From contig NEEC01000244.1 of NCBI GenBank assembly GCA_002189035.1, positions 1 through 53,381 of the forward strand: a stretch of 53,381 bases of DNA, read 5' to 3'. Every line of letters begins with the position of its first letter. The stretch's first letter is position 1. The notes under the pieces were generated by a model. The model made no database searches. It was not told the DNA's origin and saw only the letters and a list, made by a program, of their open reading frames with translations. Shown piece after piece: positions 12,801-27,000 of this stretch. The DNA is from Utricularia gibba (lineage: Eukaryota; Plantae; Magnoliophyta). Position numbers and translations under genes: made by a program.

Positions 12801-14105
12801 ACCCACCAAAAAAGACAAGCTTTTCCTTCAGAAACCATGTAGGCAGCTGCCGAAAACCCAACGTTAATAAATGGATCACTTTTTTTGCCGGGCTACAAAT
12901 GACTATGGGCCCGAGCCCGACCGACCTCCGGCCCGATCCTGGTGCCCCTCGAGAGCGCCTCCTCAAATAAAAAGTGGGTGAGAAAACCATTTGGGGTGCT
13001 CATGACATCCTAACTTCAATAAATGCATCACGATTTTCGTCGAATAGGACCCGATTGGCTCAGGAGTCGAACCGAACCTTGGGTCCGGATGAACTTCCCA
13101 ACGAAAGCACCCACCCAAAAACGACAAGCTTTTCCTTCAGAAACCATGTAGGCAGCTGCCGAAAACCCAACGTTAATAAATGGATCACTTTTTTTGCCGG
13201 GGCTACAAATGACTATGGGCCCGAGCCGATATGACCTCCGGCCCGATCCTAGTGCCCCTCGAGAGCGCCTCCTCAAATAAAAAGCTTGTGGATGAGAAAA
13301 CCATTTGGGGTGCTCATGACATCCTAACTTCAATAAATGCATCACGATTTTCGTCGAATAGGACCCGATTGGCTCAGGAGTCGAACCGAACTTGGGTCCG
13401 GACGAAGTTCCCAACGAAAGCACCCACCAAAAAACGACAAGCTTTTCCTTCAGAAACCATGTAGGCAGCTGCCGAAAACCCAACGTTAATAAATGGATCA
13501 CTTTTTTTCCCGGCTACAAATGACTATGGCCCGAGCCCGACCCGACCTCCCCGATCCTGGTGCCCCTCGAGAGCGCCTCCTCAAATAAAAGCTTGTGGAT
13601 GAGAAAACCATTTGGGGTGCTCATGACATCCTAACTTCAATAAATGCATCACGATTTTCGTCGAATAGGACCCGATTGGGCTCAGGAGTCGAACCGAACC
13701 TTGGGTCCGGATGAACTTCCCAACGAAGCACCCACCAAAAACGACAAGCTTTTCCTTCAGAAACATGTAGGCAGCTGCCGAAAACCCAACGTTAATAAAT
13801 GGATCACTTTTTTTGCCGGGCTACAAATGACTATGGGCCACGACAAGACCTCCGGCCCGATCCTAGTGCCCCTCGAGAGCGCCTCCTCAAATAAAAGCAT
13901 GTGGTTGAGAAAACCATTTGGGGTGCTCATGACATCCTAACTTCAATAAATGCATCACGATTTTCGTCGAATAGGACCCGATTGGGCTCAGGAGTCGAAC
14001 AGAACCTTGGGTCGGATGAACTTCCCAACGAAAGCACCCACCAAAAACGACAAGCTTTTCCTTCAGAAACCATGTAGGCAGCTGCCGAAAACCCAACGTT
14101 AATAA

Positions 14106-17100
14106 ATGGATCACTTTTTTTCCGGGCTACAAATGACTATGGGCCGAGCCCGACCCGACCTCCGGCCCGATCCTGGTGCCCCTCGAGAGCGCCTCCTCAA
14201 ATATAAAGCTTGTGGATGAGAAAACCATTTGGGGTGCTCATGACATCCTAACTTCAATAAATGCATCACGATTTTCGTCGAATAGGACCCGATTGGGCTC
14301 AGGAGTCGAACAGAACCTTGGGTCCGGATGAACTTCCCAACGAAAGCACCCACCCAAAAACGACAAGCTTTTCCTTCAGAAACAATGTAGGCAGCTGCCG
14401 AAAACCCAACGAATAAATGGATCACTTTTTTCCCGGGCTACAAATGACTATGGGCCCGAGCCCGACCGACCTCCGGCCCGATCCTGGTGCCCCTCGAGAG
14501 CGCCTCCTCAAATATAAAGCTTTGTTGAGAAAACCATTTGGGGCTCATGACATCCTAACTTCAATAAATGCATCACGATTTTCGTCGAATAGGACCCGAT
14601 TGGGCTCAGGAGTCGAACCGAACCTTGGGTCCGGATGAACTTCCCAACGAAGCACCACCCAAAAAACGACAAGCTTTTCCTTCAGAAACCATGTAGGCAG
14701 CTGCCGAAAACCCAACGTTAATAAATGGATCACTTTTTTTGCCGGGCTACAAATGACTATGGGCCCGAGTTCGACCGACCTCCGGCCCGATCCTGTGCCC
14801 CTCGAGAGCGCCCCTCAAATAAAAAGCTGTGGTTGAGAAAACCATTTGGGGTGCTCATGACATCCTAACTTCAATAAATGCATCACGATTTTCGTCGAAT
14901 AGGACCCGATTGGGCTCAGGAGTCGAACAGAACCTTGGGTCCGGATGAACTTCCCAACGAAAGCACCACCCCAAAAACGACAAGCTTTTCCTTCAGAAAC
15001 AATGTAGGCAGCTGCCGAAAACCCAACGTTAATAAATGGATCACTTTTTTCCGGGCTACAAATGACTATGGCCCCGAGCCCGACCTGACCTCCGGCCCGA
15101 TCCTGGTGCCCCTCGAGAGCGCCTCCTCAAATATAAAGCTTTGTTGAGAAAACCATTTGGGGCTTATGACATCCTAACTTCAATAAATGCATCACGATTT
15201 TCGTCGAATAGGACCCGATTGGCTCAGGAGTCGAACCGAACTTGGGTCCGGACGAAGTTCCCAACGAAGCACCCACCCAAAAAAGACAAGCTTTTCCTTC
15301 AGAAACCATGTAGGCAGCTGCCGAAAACCCAACGTTAATAAATGGATCACTTTTTTGCCGGGCTACAAATGACTATGGGCCCGAGCCGATATGACCTCCG
15401 GCCCGATCCTAGTGCCCCTCGAGAGCGCCTCCTCAAATAAAAAGCATGTGGTTGAGAAAACCATTTGGGGTGCTCATGACATCCTAACTTCAATAAATGC
15501 ATCACGATTTTCGTCGAATAGGACCCGATTGGGCTCAGGAGTCGAACAGAACCTTGGGTCCGGATGAACTTCCCAACGAAAGCACCCACCCAAAACGACA
15601 AGCTTTTCCTTCAGAAACCATGTAGGCAGCTGCCGAAAACCCAACGTTAATAAATGGATCACTTTTTTTGCCGGGCTACAAATGACTATGGGCCCGAGCC
15701 GACGACCTCCGGCCCGATCCTAGTGCCCCTCGAGAGCGCCTCCTCAAATAAAAAGCATGTGGAGAGACCATCCTTTCAATAAATGCATCACGATTTTCGT
15801 CGAATAGGACCCGATTGGGCTCAGGAGTCGAACAGAACCTTGGGTCCGGATGAACTTCCCAACGAAAGCACCCACCCAAAAACGACAAGCTTTTCCTTCA
15901 GAAACAATGTAGGCAGCTGCCGAAAACCCAACGTTAATAAATGGATCACTTTTTTTGCCGGGCTACAAATGACTATGGGCCCGAGCCGACCTGACCTCCG
16001 GCCCGATCCTGTGCCCCTCGAGAGCGCCTCCTCAAATAAAAAGCTTGTGGTTGAGAAAACCATTTGGGGTGCTCATGACATCCTAACTTCAATAAATGCA
16101 TCACGATTTTCGTCGAATAGGACCCGATTGGCTCAGGAGTCGAACCGAAAACTTGGGTCCGGATGAACTTCCCAACGAAGCACCCACAAAAAACGACAAG
16201 CTTTTCCTTCAGAAACCATGTAGGCAGCTGCCGAAAACCCAACGTTAATAAATGGATCACTTTTTTTCCGGGCTACAAATGACTATGGCCCGAGCCCGAC
16301 CCGACCTCCGGCCCGATCCTGGTGCCCCTCGAGAGCGCCTCCTCAAATATAAAGCTTGTGGATGAGAAAACCATTTGGGGTGCTCATGACATCCTAACTT
16401 CAATAAATGCATCACGATTTTCGTCGAATAGGACCCGATTGGGCTCAGGAGTCGAACAGAACCTTGGGTCCGGATGAACTTCCCAACGAAAGCACCCACC
16501 CAAAAACGACAAGCTTTTCCTTCAGAAACCATGTAGGCAGCTGCCGAAAACCCAACGTTAATAAATGGATCACTTTTTTTTCCGGGCTACAAATGACTAT
16601 GGCCCGAGCCGACCCGACCTCCGGCCCGATCCTGTGCCCCTCGAGAGCGCCTCCTCAAATATAAAGCTTTGTTGAGAAAACCATTTGGGGCTCATGACAT
16701 CCTAACTTCAATAAATGCATCACGATTTTCGTCAAATAGGACCCGATTGGCTCAGGAGTCGAACAAACTTGGGTCCGGACGAAGTTCCCAACGAAGCACC
16801 CACCCAAAAAGACAAGCTTTTCCTTCAGAAACCATGTAGGCAGCTGCCGAAAACCCAACGTTAATAAATGGATCACTTTTTTTGCCGGGCTACAAATGAC
16901 TATGGGCCCGAGTTCGATATGACCTCCGGCCCGATCCTGTGCCCCTCGAGAGCGCCTCCTCAAATAAAAGCATGTGGTTGAGAAAAACCATTTGGGGTGC
17001 TCATGACATCCTAACTTCAATAAATGCATCACGATTTTCGTCGAATAGGACCCGATTGGGCTCAGGAGTCGAACAGAACCTTGGGTCCGGATGAACTTCC

Positions 17101-18413
17101 CAACGAAAGCACCCACCCAAAAACGACAAGCTTTTCCTTCAGAAACAATGTAGGCAGCTGCCGAAAACCCAACGTTAATAAATGGATCACTTTTTTCCCG
17201 GGCTACAAATGACTATGGCCCGAGCCCGACCCGACCCCGGCCCGATCCTGCCCCTCGAGAGCGCCTCCTCAAATATAAAGCTTTGTTGAGAAAACCATTT
17301 GGGTGCTCATGACATCCTAACTTCAATAAATGCATCACGATTTTCGTCAATAGGACCCGATTGGCTCAGGAGTCGAACCGAAACTTGGGTCCGGACGAAT
17401 TCCCAACGAAGCACCCACCCAAAAAGACAAGCTTTTCCTTCAGAAACCATGTAGGCAGCTGCCGAAAACCCAACGTTAATAATGGATCACTTTTTTTGCC
17501 GGGCTACAAATGACTATGGGCCCGAGCGATATGACCTCCGGCCCGATCCTAGTGCCCCTCGAGAGCGCCTCCTCAAATAAAAAGCATGTGGTTGAGAAAA
17601 CCATTTGGGGTGCTCATGACATCCTAACTTCAATAAATGCATCACGATTTTCGTCGAATAGGACCCGATTGGGCTCAGGAGTCGAACAGAACCTTGGGTC
17701 CGGATGAACTTCCCAACGAAAGCACCCACCCAAAAACGACAAGCTTTTCCTTCAGAAACCATGTAGGCAGCTGCCGAAAACCCAACGTTAATAAATGGAT
17801 CACTTTTTTTTGGGCTACAAATGACTATGGGCCCGAGCCGACGACCTCCGGCCAGATCCTAGTGCCCCTCGAGAGCGCCTCCTCAAATAAAAAGCATGTG
17901 GAAAACCATTTGGGGTGCTCATGACATCCTAACTTCAATAAATGCATCACGATTTTCGTCGAATAGGACCCGATTGGGCTCAGGAGTCGAACCGAACCTT
18001 GGGTCCGGATGAACTTCCCAACGAAAGCACCCACCCAAAAACGACAAGCTTTTCCTTCAGAAACAATGTAGGCAGCTGCCGAAAACCCAACGTTAATAAA
18101 TGGATCACTTTTTTCCCGGGCTACAAATGACTATGGGCCCGAGCCCGACCTGACCTCCGGCCCGATCCTGGTGCCCCTCGAGAGCGCCTCCTCAAATATA
18201 AAGCTTGTGGTTGAGAAAACCATTTGGGGTGCTCATGACATCCTAACTTCAATAAATGCATCACGATTTTCGTCGAATAGGACCCGATTGGGCTCAGGAG
18301 TCGAACCGAACCTTGGGTCCGGATGAACTTCCCAACGAAAGCACCCACCCAAAAACGACAAGCTTTTCCTTCAGAAACCATGTAGGCAGCTGCCGAAAAC
18401 CCAACGTTAATAA
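14106..18413. repeat. Tandem duplication of a 7-monomer block (~2.15 kb x2)
   Basis: Monomers at 14106-16251 match those at 16252-18413 one-for-one in diagnostic alleles. GCTTTGTTGAG occurs at 14519/16666 and 15138/17280. Confidence 0.75.
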
Positions 18414-19645
18414 ATGGATCACTTTTTTCCCGGCTACAAATGACTATGGGCCCGAGCCGACCCGACCTCCGGCCCGATCCTGGCCCCTCGAGAGCGCCTC
18501 CTCAAATATAAAGCTTTGGATGAGAAAACCATTTGGGGTGCTCATGACATCCTAACTTCAATAAATGCATCACGATTTTCGTCGAATAGGACCCGATTGG
18601 GCTCAGGAGTCGAACCGAACCTTGGTCCGGACGAACTTCCCAACGAAAGCACCCACCAAAAACGACAAGCTTTTCCTTCAGAACCATGTAGGCAGCTGCC
18701 GAAACCCAACGTTAATAAATGGATCACTTTTTTTGCCGGGCTACAAATGACTATGGCCCGAGCCCGACCCGACCTCCGGCCCGATCCTAGTGCCCCTCGA
18801 GAGCGCCTCCTCAAATAAAAAGCTGTGGTTGAGAAAACCATTTGGGGTGCTCATGACATCCTAACTTCAATAAATGCATCACGATTTTCGTCGAATAGGA
18901 CCCGATTGGCTCAGGAGTCGAACCGAACCTTGGGTCCGGACGAAGTTCCCAACGAAAGCACCCACCAAAAAACGACAAGCTTTTCCTTCAGAAACCATGT
19001 AGGCAGCTGCCGAAAACCCAACGTTAATAAATGGATCACTTTTTTTGCCGGGCTACAAATGACTATGGGCCCGAGCCCGACCCGACTCCGGCCGATCCTA
19101 GTGCCCCTCGAGAGCGCCTCTCAAATAAAAGCATGTGGTTGAGAAAACCATTTGGGGTGCTCATGACATCCTAACTTCAAAAAAATGCATCACGATTTTC
19201 GTCGAATAGGACCCTTGGGCTCAGGAGTCGAACCGAACCTTGGGTCCGGACAAAGTTCCCAATGAAAGCACCCACCCAAAAACGACAAGCTTTTCCTTCA
19301 GAAACCATGTAGGCAGCTGCCGAAAACCCAACGTTAATAAATGGATCACTTTTTTGCCGGGCTACAAATGACTATGGGCCCGAGTTCGACCCGACCTCCG
19401 GCCAGATCCTAGTGCCCCGAGAGCGCCTCCTCAAATATAAAGCTTGTGGACAGAAAACCATTTGGGTGCTCATGACATCCTAACTTCAAAAAATGCATCA
19501 CGATTTTCGTCGAATAGGACCCCATTGGGCTCAGGAGTCGAACCGAACCTTGGGTCCGGACGAAGTTCCCAAAGCACCCACCCAAAAACGACAAGCTTTT
19601 CCTTCAGAAACATGTAGGCAGGTGCCGAAAACCCAACGTTAATAA

Positions 19646-22600
19646 ATGGATCACTTTTTTGCCGGGCTACAAATGACTATGGGGCCAAGCCCGACCTGAC
19701 CTCCGCCCGATCCTGGTGCCCCTCGAGAGCGCCTCCTCAAATATAAACTTGTGGACAAGAAACCATTTGGGGTGCTCATGACATCCTAACTTCAAAAAAT
19801 GCATCACGATTTTCGTCGAATAGGACCCCATTGGGCTCAGGAGTCGAACAGAACCTTGGGTCCGGATGAACTTCCCAACGAAAGCACCCACCCAAAAAAC
19901 GACAAGCTTTTCCTTCAGAAACAATGTAGGCAGCTGCCGAAAACCCAACGTTAATAAATGGATCACTTTTTTTGCCGGGCTACAAATGACTATGGGCCCG
20001 AGTTCGACCCGACTCCCGGCCAGATCCTAGTGCCCCTCGAGAGCGCCTCCTCAAATAAAAAGCATTGTGGTTGAGAAAACCATTTGGGGTGCTCATGACA
20101 TCCTAACTTGAAAAAATGCATCACGATTTTCGTCGAATAGGACCCGATTGGGCTCAGGAGTCGAACCGAACCTTGGGTCCGGACGAAGTTCCCAATGAAA
20201 GCACCCACCCAAAAACGACAAGCTTTTCCTTCAGAAACCATGTAGGAAGCTGCCGAAAACCCACGTTAATAAATGGATCACTTTTTTTTGCCGGGCTACA
20301 ATTGACTATGGGCCCGAGTTCAATATGACCTCGGCCCGATCCTAGTGCCCCTCGAGAGCGCCTCCTCAAATAAAAAGCTTGTGGTTGAGAAAACCATTTG
20401 GGGTGCTCATGACATCTAACTTCAAAAAATGCATCACGATTTTCGTCGAATAGGACCGATTGGGCTCAAAGTCGAACCGAACCTTGGGTCCGGACGAAGT
20501 TCCCAATGAAAGCACCCACCAAAAAACGACAAGCTTTTCCTTCAGAAACCATGTAGGCAGCTGCCGAAAACCCAACGTTAATAAATGGATCACTTTTTTT
20601 GCCGGGCTACAAATGACTATGGGCCCCAGCCCGACCGACTCCGGCCAGATCCTAGTGCCCCTCGAGAGCGCCTTTCAAATAAAAAGCATGTGGTTGAGAA
20701 AACCATTTGGGGTGCTCATGACATCCTAACTTCAAAAAATGCATCACGATTTTCGTCGAATAGGACCCCATTGGGCTCAGGAGTCGAACCGAACCTTGGG
20801 TCCGGACAAAGTTCCCAAAAAGCACCCACCCAAAAAAGACAAGCTTTTCCTTCAGAAACCATGTAGGCAGCTGCCGAAAACCCAACGTTAATAAATGGAT
20901 CACTTTTTTTGCCGGGGCTACAAATGACTATGGGCCGAGTCGATATGACCTCCGGCCCGATCCTAGTGCCCCTCGAGAGCGCCTCCTCAAATAAAAAGCT
21001 GTGGTTGAGAAAACCATTTGGGGTGCTCATGACATCCTAACTTCAAAAAATGCATCACGATTTTCGTCGAATAGGACCCGATTGGGCTCAGGAGTCGAAC
21101 CGAACCTTGGGTCCGGACGAATTTCCGAACAAAAGCACCCACCAAAAACGACAAGCTTTTCCTTCAGAAACCATGTAGGCAGGTGCCGAAAACCCAACGT
21201 TAATAAATGGATCACATTTTTTGCCGGGCTACAAATGACTATGGGCCGAGCCCGACCTGACCTCCGCCGATCCTGGTGCCCCTCGAGAGCGCCTCCTCAA
21301 ATATAAAGCTTGTGGACAAGAAAACCATTTGGGGTGCTCATGACATCCTAACTTCAAAAAATGCATCACGATTTTCGTCGAATAGGACCCCATTGGGCTC
21401 AGGAGTCGAACAGAACCTTGGGTCCGGATGAACTTCCCAACGAAAGCACCCACCCAAAAACGACAAGCTTTTCCTTCAGAAACAATGTAGGCAGCTGCCG
21501 AAAACCCAACGTTAATAAATGGATCACTTTTTTTTGCCGGGCTACAAATGACTATGGGCCCGAGTTCGACCCGACCTCCGGCCAGATCCTAGTGCCCCTC
21601 GAGAGCGCCTCCTCAAATAAAAAAGCATGTGGTTGAGAAAACCATTTGGGGTGCTCATGACATCCTAACTTCAAAAAAATGCATCACGATTTTCGTCGAA
21701 TAGGACCCGATTGGGCTCAGGAGTCGAACCGAACCTTGGGTCCGGACGAAGTTCCCAAAAGCACCCACCCAAAAACGACAAGCTTTTCCTTCAGAAACCA
21801 TGTAGGCAGCTGCCGAAAACCCAACGTTAATAAATGGATCACTTTTTTTGCCGGGCTACAAATGACTATGGGCCCGAGTTCGACCTCCGGCCCGATCCTA
21901 GTGCCCCTCGAGAGCGCCTCCTCAAATAAAAAGCTTGTGGTTGAGAAAACCATTTGGGGTGCTCATGACATCCTAACTTCAAAAATGCATCACGATTTTC
22001 GTCGAATAGGACCCGATTGGGCTCAGGAGTCGAACCGAACCTTGGGTCCGGACGAAGTTCCCAACGAAAGCACCCACCAAAAACGACAAGCTTTTCCTTC
22101 AGAAACCATGTAGGCAGCTGCCGAAAACCCAACGTTAATAAATGGATCACTTTTTTTGCCGGGCTACAAATGACTATGGGCCCGAGCCCGACCCGACTCC
22201 CGGCCAGATCCTAGTGCCCCTCGAGAGCGCCTCCTCAAATAAAAAGCATGTGGTTGAGAAAAAACATTTGGGGTGCTCATGACATCCTAACTTCAAAAAA
22301 TGCATCACGATTTTCGTCGAATAGGACCCATTGGGCTCAGGAGTCGAACCGAACCTTGGGTCCGGATTCCCAAAAGCACCCACCCAAAAAGACAAGCTTT
22401 TCCTTCAGAAACCATGTAGGCAGCTGCCGAAAACCCAACGTTAATAAATGGATCACTTTTTTTGCCGGGCTACAAATGACTATGGGCCGAGATCGATATG
22501 ACCTCCGGCCCGATCCTAGTGCCCCTCGAGAGCGCCTCCTCAAATAAAAAGCATGTGGTTGAGAAAACCATTTGGGGTGCTCATGACATCCTAACTTCAA

Positions 22601-24005
22601 AAAATGCATCACGATTTTCGTCGAATAGGACCGATTGGGCTCAGGAGTCGAACCGAACCTTGGGTCCGGACGAATTTCCGAACAAAGCACCCACCAAAAA
22701 CGACAAGCTTTTCCTTCAGAAACCATGTAGGCAGGTGCCGAAAACCCAACGTTAATAAATGGATCACATTTTTTGCCGGGCTACAAATGACTATGGGGCC
22801 GAGCCCGACCTGACCTCCGGCCCGATCCTGGTGCCCCTCGAGAGCGCCTCCTCAAATATAAAGCTTGTGGACAAGAAAACCATTTGGGGTGCTCATGACA
22901 TCCTAACTTCAAAAAATGCATCACGATTTTCGTCGAATAGGACCCCATTGGGCTCAGGAGTCGAACAGAACCTTGGGTCCGGATGAACTTCCCAACGAAA
23001 GCACCCACCCAAAAACGACAAGCTTTTCCTTCAGAAACAATGTAGGCAGCTGCCGAAAACCCAACGTTAATAAATGGATCACTTTTTTTGCCGGGCTACA
23101 AATGACTATGGGCCCGAGTTCGACCCGACCTCCGGCCAGATCCTAGTGCCCCTCGAGAGCGCCTCCTCAAATAAAAAGCATGTGGTTGAGAAAACCATTT
23201 GGGGTGCTCATGACATCCTAACTTCAAAAAATGCATCACGATTTTCGTCGAATAGGACCCGATTGGGCTCAGGAGTCGAACCGAACCTTGGGTCCGGACG
23301 AAGTTCCCAAAAAGCACCCACCCAAAAACGACAAGCTTTTCCTTCAGAAACCATGTAGGCAGCTGCCGAAAACCCAACGTTAATAAATGGATCACTTTTT
23401 TTTGCCGGGCTACAAATGACTATGGGCCCGAGTTGACCTCGGCCCGATCCTAGTGCCCCTCGAGAGCGCCTCCTCAAATAAAAAAGCTTGTGGTTGAGAA
23501 AAACCATTTGGGGTGCTCATGACATCCTAACTTCAAAAAATGCATCACGATTTTCGTCGAATAGGACCGGATTGGGCTCAGGAGTCGAACCGAACCTTGG
23601 GTCCGGACGAATTCCCAACGAAAGCACCCAACCAAAAACGACAAGCTTTTCCTTCAGAAACCATGTAGGCAGCTGCCGAAAACCCAACGTTAATAAATGG
23701 ATCACTTTTTTTGCCGGGCTACAAATGACTATGGGCCCGAGTTCGACCTGACCTCCGGCCCGATCCTAGTGCCCCTCGAGAGCGCCTCCTCAAATAAAAA
23801 GCTGTGGTTGAGAAAACCATTTGGGGTGCTCATGACATCCTAACTTCAAAAAATGCATCACGATTTTCGTCGAATAGGACCCGATTGGGCTCAGGAGTCG
23901 AACCGAACCTTGGGTGGACGAATTCCCAACAAAGCACCCACCAAAAACGACAAGCTTTTCCTTCAGAAACCATGTAGGCAGGTGCCGAAAACCCAACGTT
24001 AATAA
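19646..24005. repeat. 5-monomer higher-order repeat (~1.56 kb): two full copies plus one 4-monomer copy
   Basis: HOR starts at 19646, 21207, 22759 and 24006. The marker GCAGGTG lies at 19618, 21179, 22731 and 23978 (spacings 1561, 1552, 1247). The ordered monomer types repeat. Confidence 0.82.
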
Positions 24006-27000
24006 ATGGATCACTTTTTTGCCGGGCTACAAATGACTATGGGCCGAGCCCGACCTGACCTCCGGCCCGATCCTGGTGCCCCTCGAGAGCGCCTCCTCAA
24101 ATATAAAGCTTGTGGACAAGAAAACCATTTGGGGTGCTCATGACATCCTAACTTCAAAAAATGCATCACGATTTTCGTCGAATAGGACCCCATTGGGCTC
24201 AGGAGTCGAACGAACCTTGGGTCCGGATGAACTTCCCGAAAGCACCCACCCAAAAACGACAAGCTTTTCCTTCAGAAACATGTAGGCAGCTGCCGAAAAC
24301 CAACGTTAATAAATGGATCACTTTTTTTGCCGGGCTACAAATGACTATGGGCCCGAGTTCGACCCGACCTCCGGCCCGATCCTAGTGCCCCTCGAGAGCG
24401 CCTCCTCAAATAAAAGCTGTGGTTGAAGAAAACCATTTGGGGTGCTCATGACATCCTAACTTCAAAAAATGCATCACGATTTTCGTCGAATAGGACCCCA
24501 TTGGGCTCAGGAGTCGAACCGAACCTTGGGTCCGGACGAATTTCCGAAACAAAGCACCCACCCAAAAACGACAAGCTTTTCCTTCAGAAACCATGTAGGC
24601 AGGTGCCGAAAACCCAACGTTAATAAATGGATCACTTTTTTTTGCCGGGCTACAAATGACTATGGGCCCGAGCCCGACCCGACTCCGGCCCGATCCCGGT
24701 GCCCTCGAGAGCGCCTCCTCAAATATAAAGCTTGTGGAGAAAACCATTTGGGGTGCTCATGACATCCTAACTTCAAAAATGCATCACGATTTTCGTCGAA
24801 TAGGACCCCATTGGGCTCAGGAGTCGAACCGAACCTTGGGTCCGGATGAACTTCCAACGAAAGCACCCACCCAAAAACGACAAGCTTTTCCTTCAGAAAC
24901 AATGTAGGCAGCTGCCGAAAACCCAACGTTAATAAATGGATCACTTTTTTTGCCGGGCTACAAATGACTATGGGCCCGAGTTCGACCCGACCTCCGGCCA
25001 GATCTAGTGCCCCTCGAGAGCGCCTCCTCAAATAAAAAGCATGTGGTTGAGAAAACCATTTGGGGTGCTCATGACATCCTAACTTCAAAAAATGCATCAC
25101 GATTTTCGTCGAATAGGACCCCATTGGGCTCAGGAGTCGAACCGAACCTTGGGTCCGGACGAATTTTCCAACAACAGCACCCACCCAAAAACGACAAGCT
25201 TTTCCTTCAGAAACCATGTAGGCAGGTGCCGAAAACCCAACGTTAATAAATGGATCACTTTTTTTGCCGGGCTACAAATGACTATGGGCCCGAGCGACCG
25301 GACCTCCGGCCCGATCCTAGTGCCCCTCGAGAGCGCCTCCTCAAATAAAAAAAGCTTGTGGTTGAGAAAACCATTTGGGGTGCTCATGACATCCTAACTT
25401 CAAAAAATGCATCACGATTTTCGTCGAATAGGACCCATTGGGCTCAGGAGTCGAACCGAACCTTGGGTCCGGACGAAGTTCCCAACGAAAGCACCCACCA
25501 AAAACGACAAGCTTTTCCTTCAGAAACCATGTAGGCAGCTGCCGAAAACCCAACGTTAATAAATGGATCACTTTTTTTGCCGGGCTACAAATGACTATGG
25601 GCCGAGCCCGACCTGACCTCCGGCCCGATCCTGGTGCCCCTCGAGAGCGCCTCCTCAAATAAAAGCTTGTGGACAAGAAAACCATTTGGGGTGCTCATGA
25701 CATCCTAACTTCAAAAAATGCATCACGATTTTCGTCGAATAGGACCCGATTGGGCTCAGGAGTCGAACCGAACCTTGGGTCCGGACGAATTCCCAACGAA
25801 AGCACCCACCAAAAACGACAAGCTTTTCCTTCAGAAACCATGTAGGCAGCTGCCGAAAACCCAACGTTAATAAATGGATCACTTTTTTTTGCCGGGCTAC
25901 AAATGACTATGGGCCCGAGCGACTGACCTCCGGCCCGATCCTAGTGCCCCTCGAGAGCGCCTCCTCAAATAAAAAGCATGTGGTTGAGAAAACCATTTGG
26001 GGTGCTCATGACATCCTAACTTCAAAAAATGCATCACGATTTTCGTCGAATAGGACCCGATTGGGCTCAGGAGTCGAACCGAACCTTGGGTCCGGACGAA
26101 GTTCCCAACGAAAGCACCCACCAAAAACGACAAGCTTTTCCTTCAGAAACCATGTAGGCAGGTGCCGAAAACCCAACGTTAATAAATGGATCACATTTTT
26201 TTGCCGGGCTACAAATGACTATGGGGCCGAGCCCGACCTGACCTCCGGCCCGATCCTGGTGCCCCTCGAGAGCGCCTCCTCAAATAAAAAGCTTGTGGAC
26301 AAGAAAAACCATTTGGGGTGCTCATGACATCCTAACTTCAAAAAAAATGCATCACGATTTTCGTCGAATAGGACCCGATTGGGCTCAGGAGTCGAACCGA
26401 ACCTTGGGTCCGGACGAATTTCCGAACAACAGCACCCCACCAAAAACGACAAGCTTTTCCTTCAGAAACCATGTAGGCAGGTGCCGAAAACCCAACGTTA
26501 ATAAATGGATCACTTTTTTGCCGGGCTACAAATGACTATGGGCCGAGCCCGACCTGACCTCCGGCCCGATCCTGGTGCCCCTCGAGAGCGCCTCCTCAAA
26601 TATAAAGCTTGTGGACAAGAAAACCATTTGGGGTGCTCATGACATCCTAACTTCAAAAAATGCATCACGATTTTCGTCGAATAGGACCCCATTGGGCTCA
26701 GGAGTCGAACCGAACCTTGGGTCCGGATGAATTCCAACGAAAGCACCCACCCAAAAACGACAAGCTTTTCCTTCAGAAACATGTAGGCAGCTGCCGAAAA
26801 CCCAACGTTAATAAATGGATCACTTTTTTTTGCCGGGCTACAAATGACTATGGGCCCGAGTTCGACCGACCTCCGGCCAGATCCTAGTGCCCCTCGAGAG
26901 CGCCTCCTCAAATATAAAGCTTGTGGACAAGAAAACCATTTGGGGTGCTCATGACATCCTAACTTCAAAAAATGCATCACGATTTTCGTCGAATAGGACC

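Larger units (their letters stand above)
1..19030. repeat. Left sub-array (subfamily with TTCAATAAATGC at the A/B junction)
   Basis: TTCAATAAATGC is present in nearly all monomers (exceptions near 1550, 2475, 6805). TTTT(C)CCGGG, GGATGAG and GGATGAACTT alleles are common. GGACAAG and CCCCATTGGG were not seen. Confidence 0.88.
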
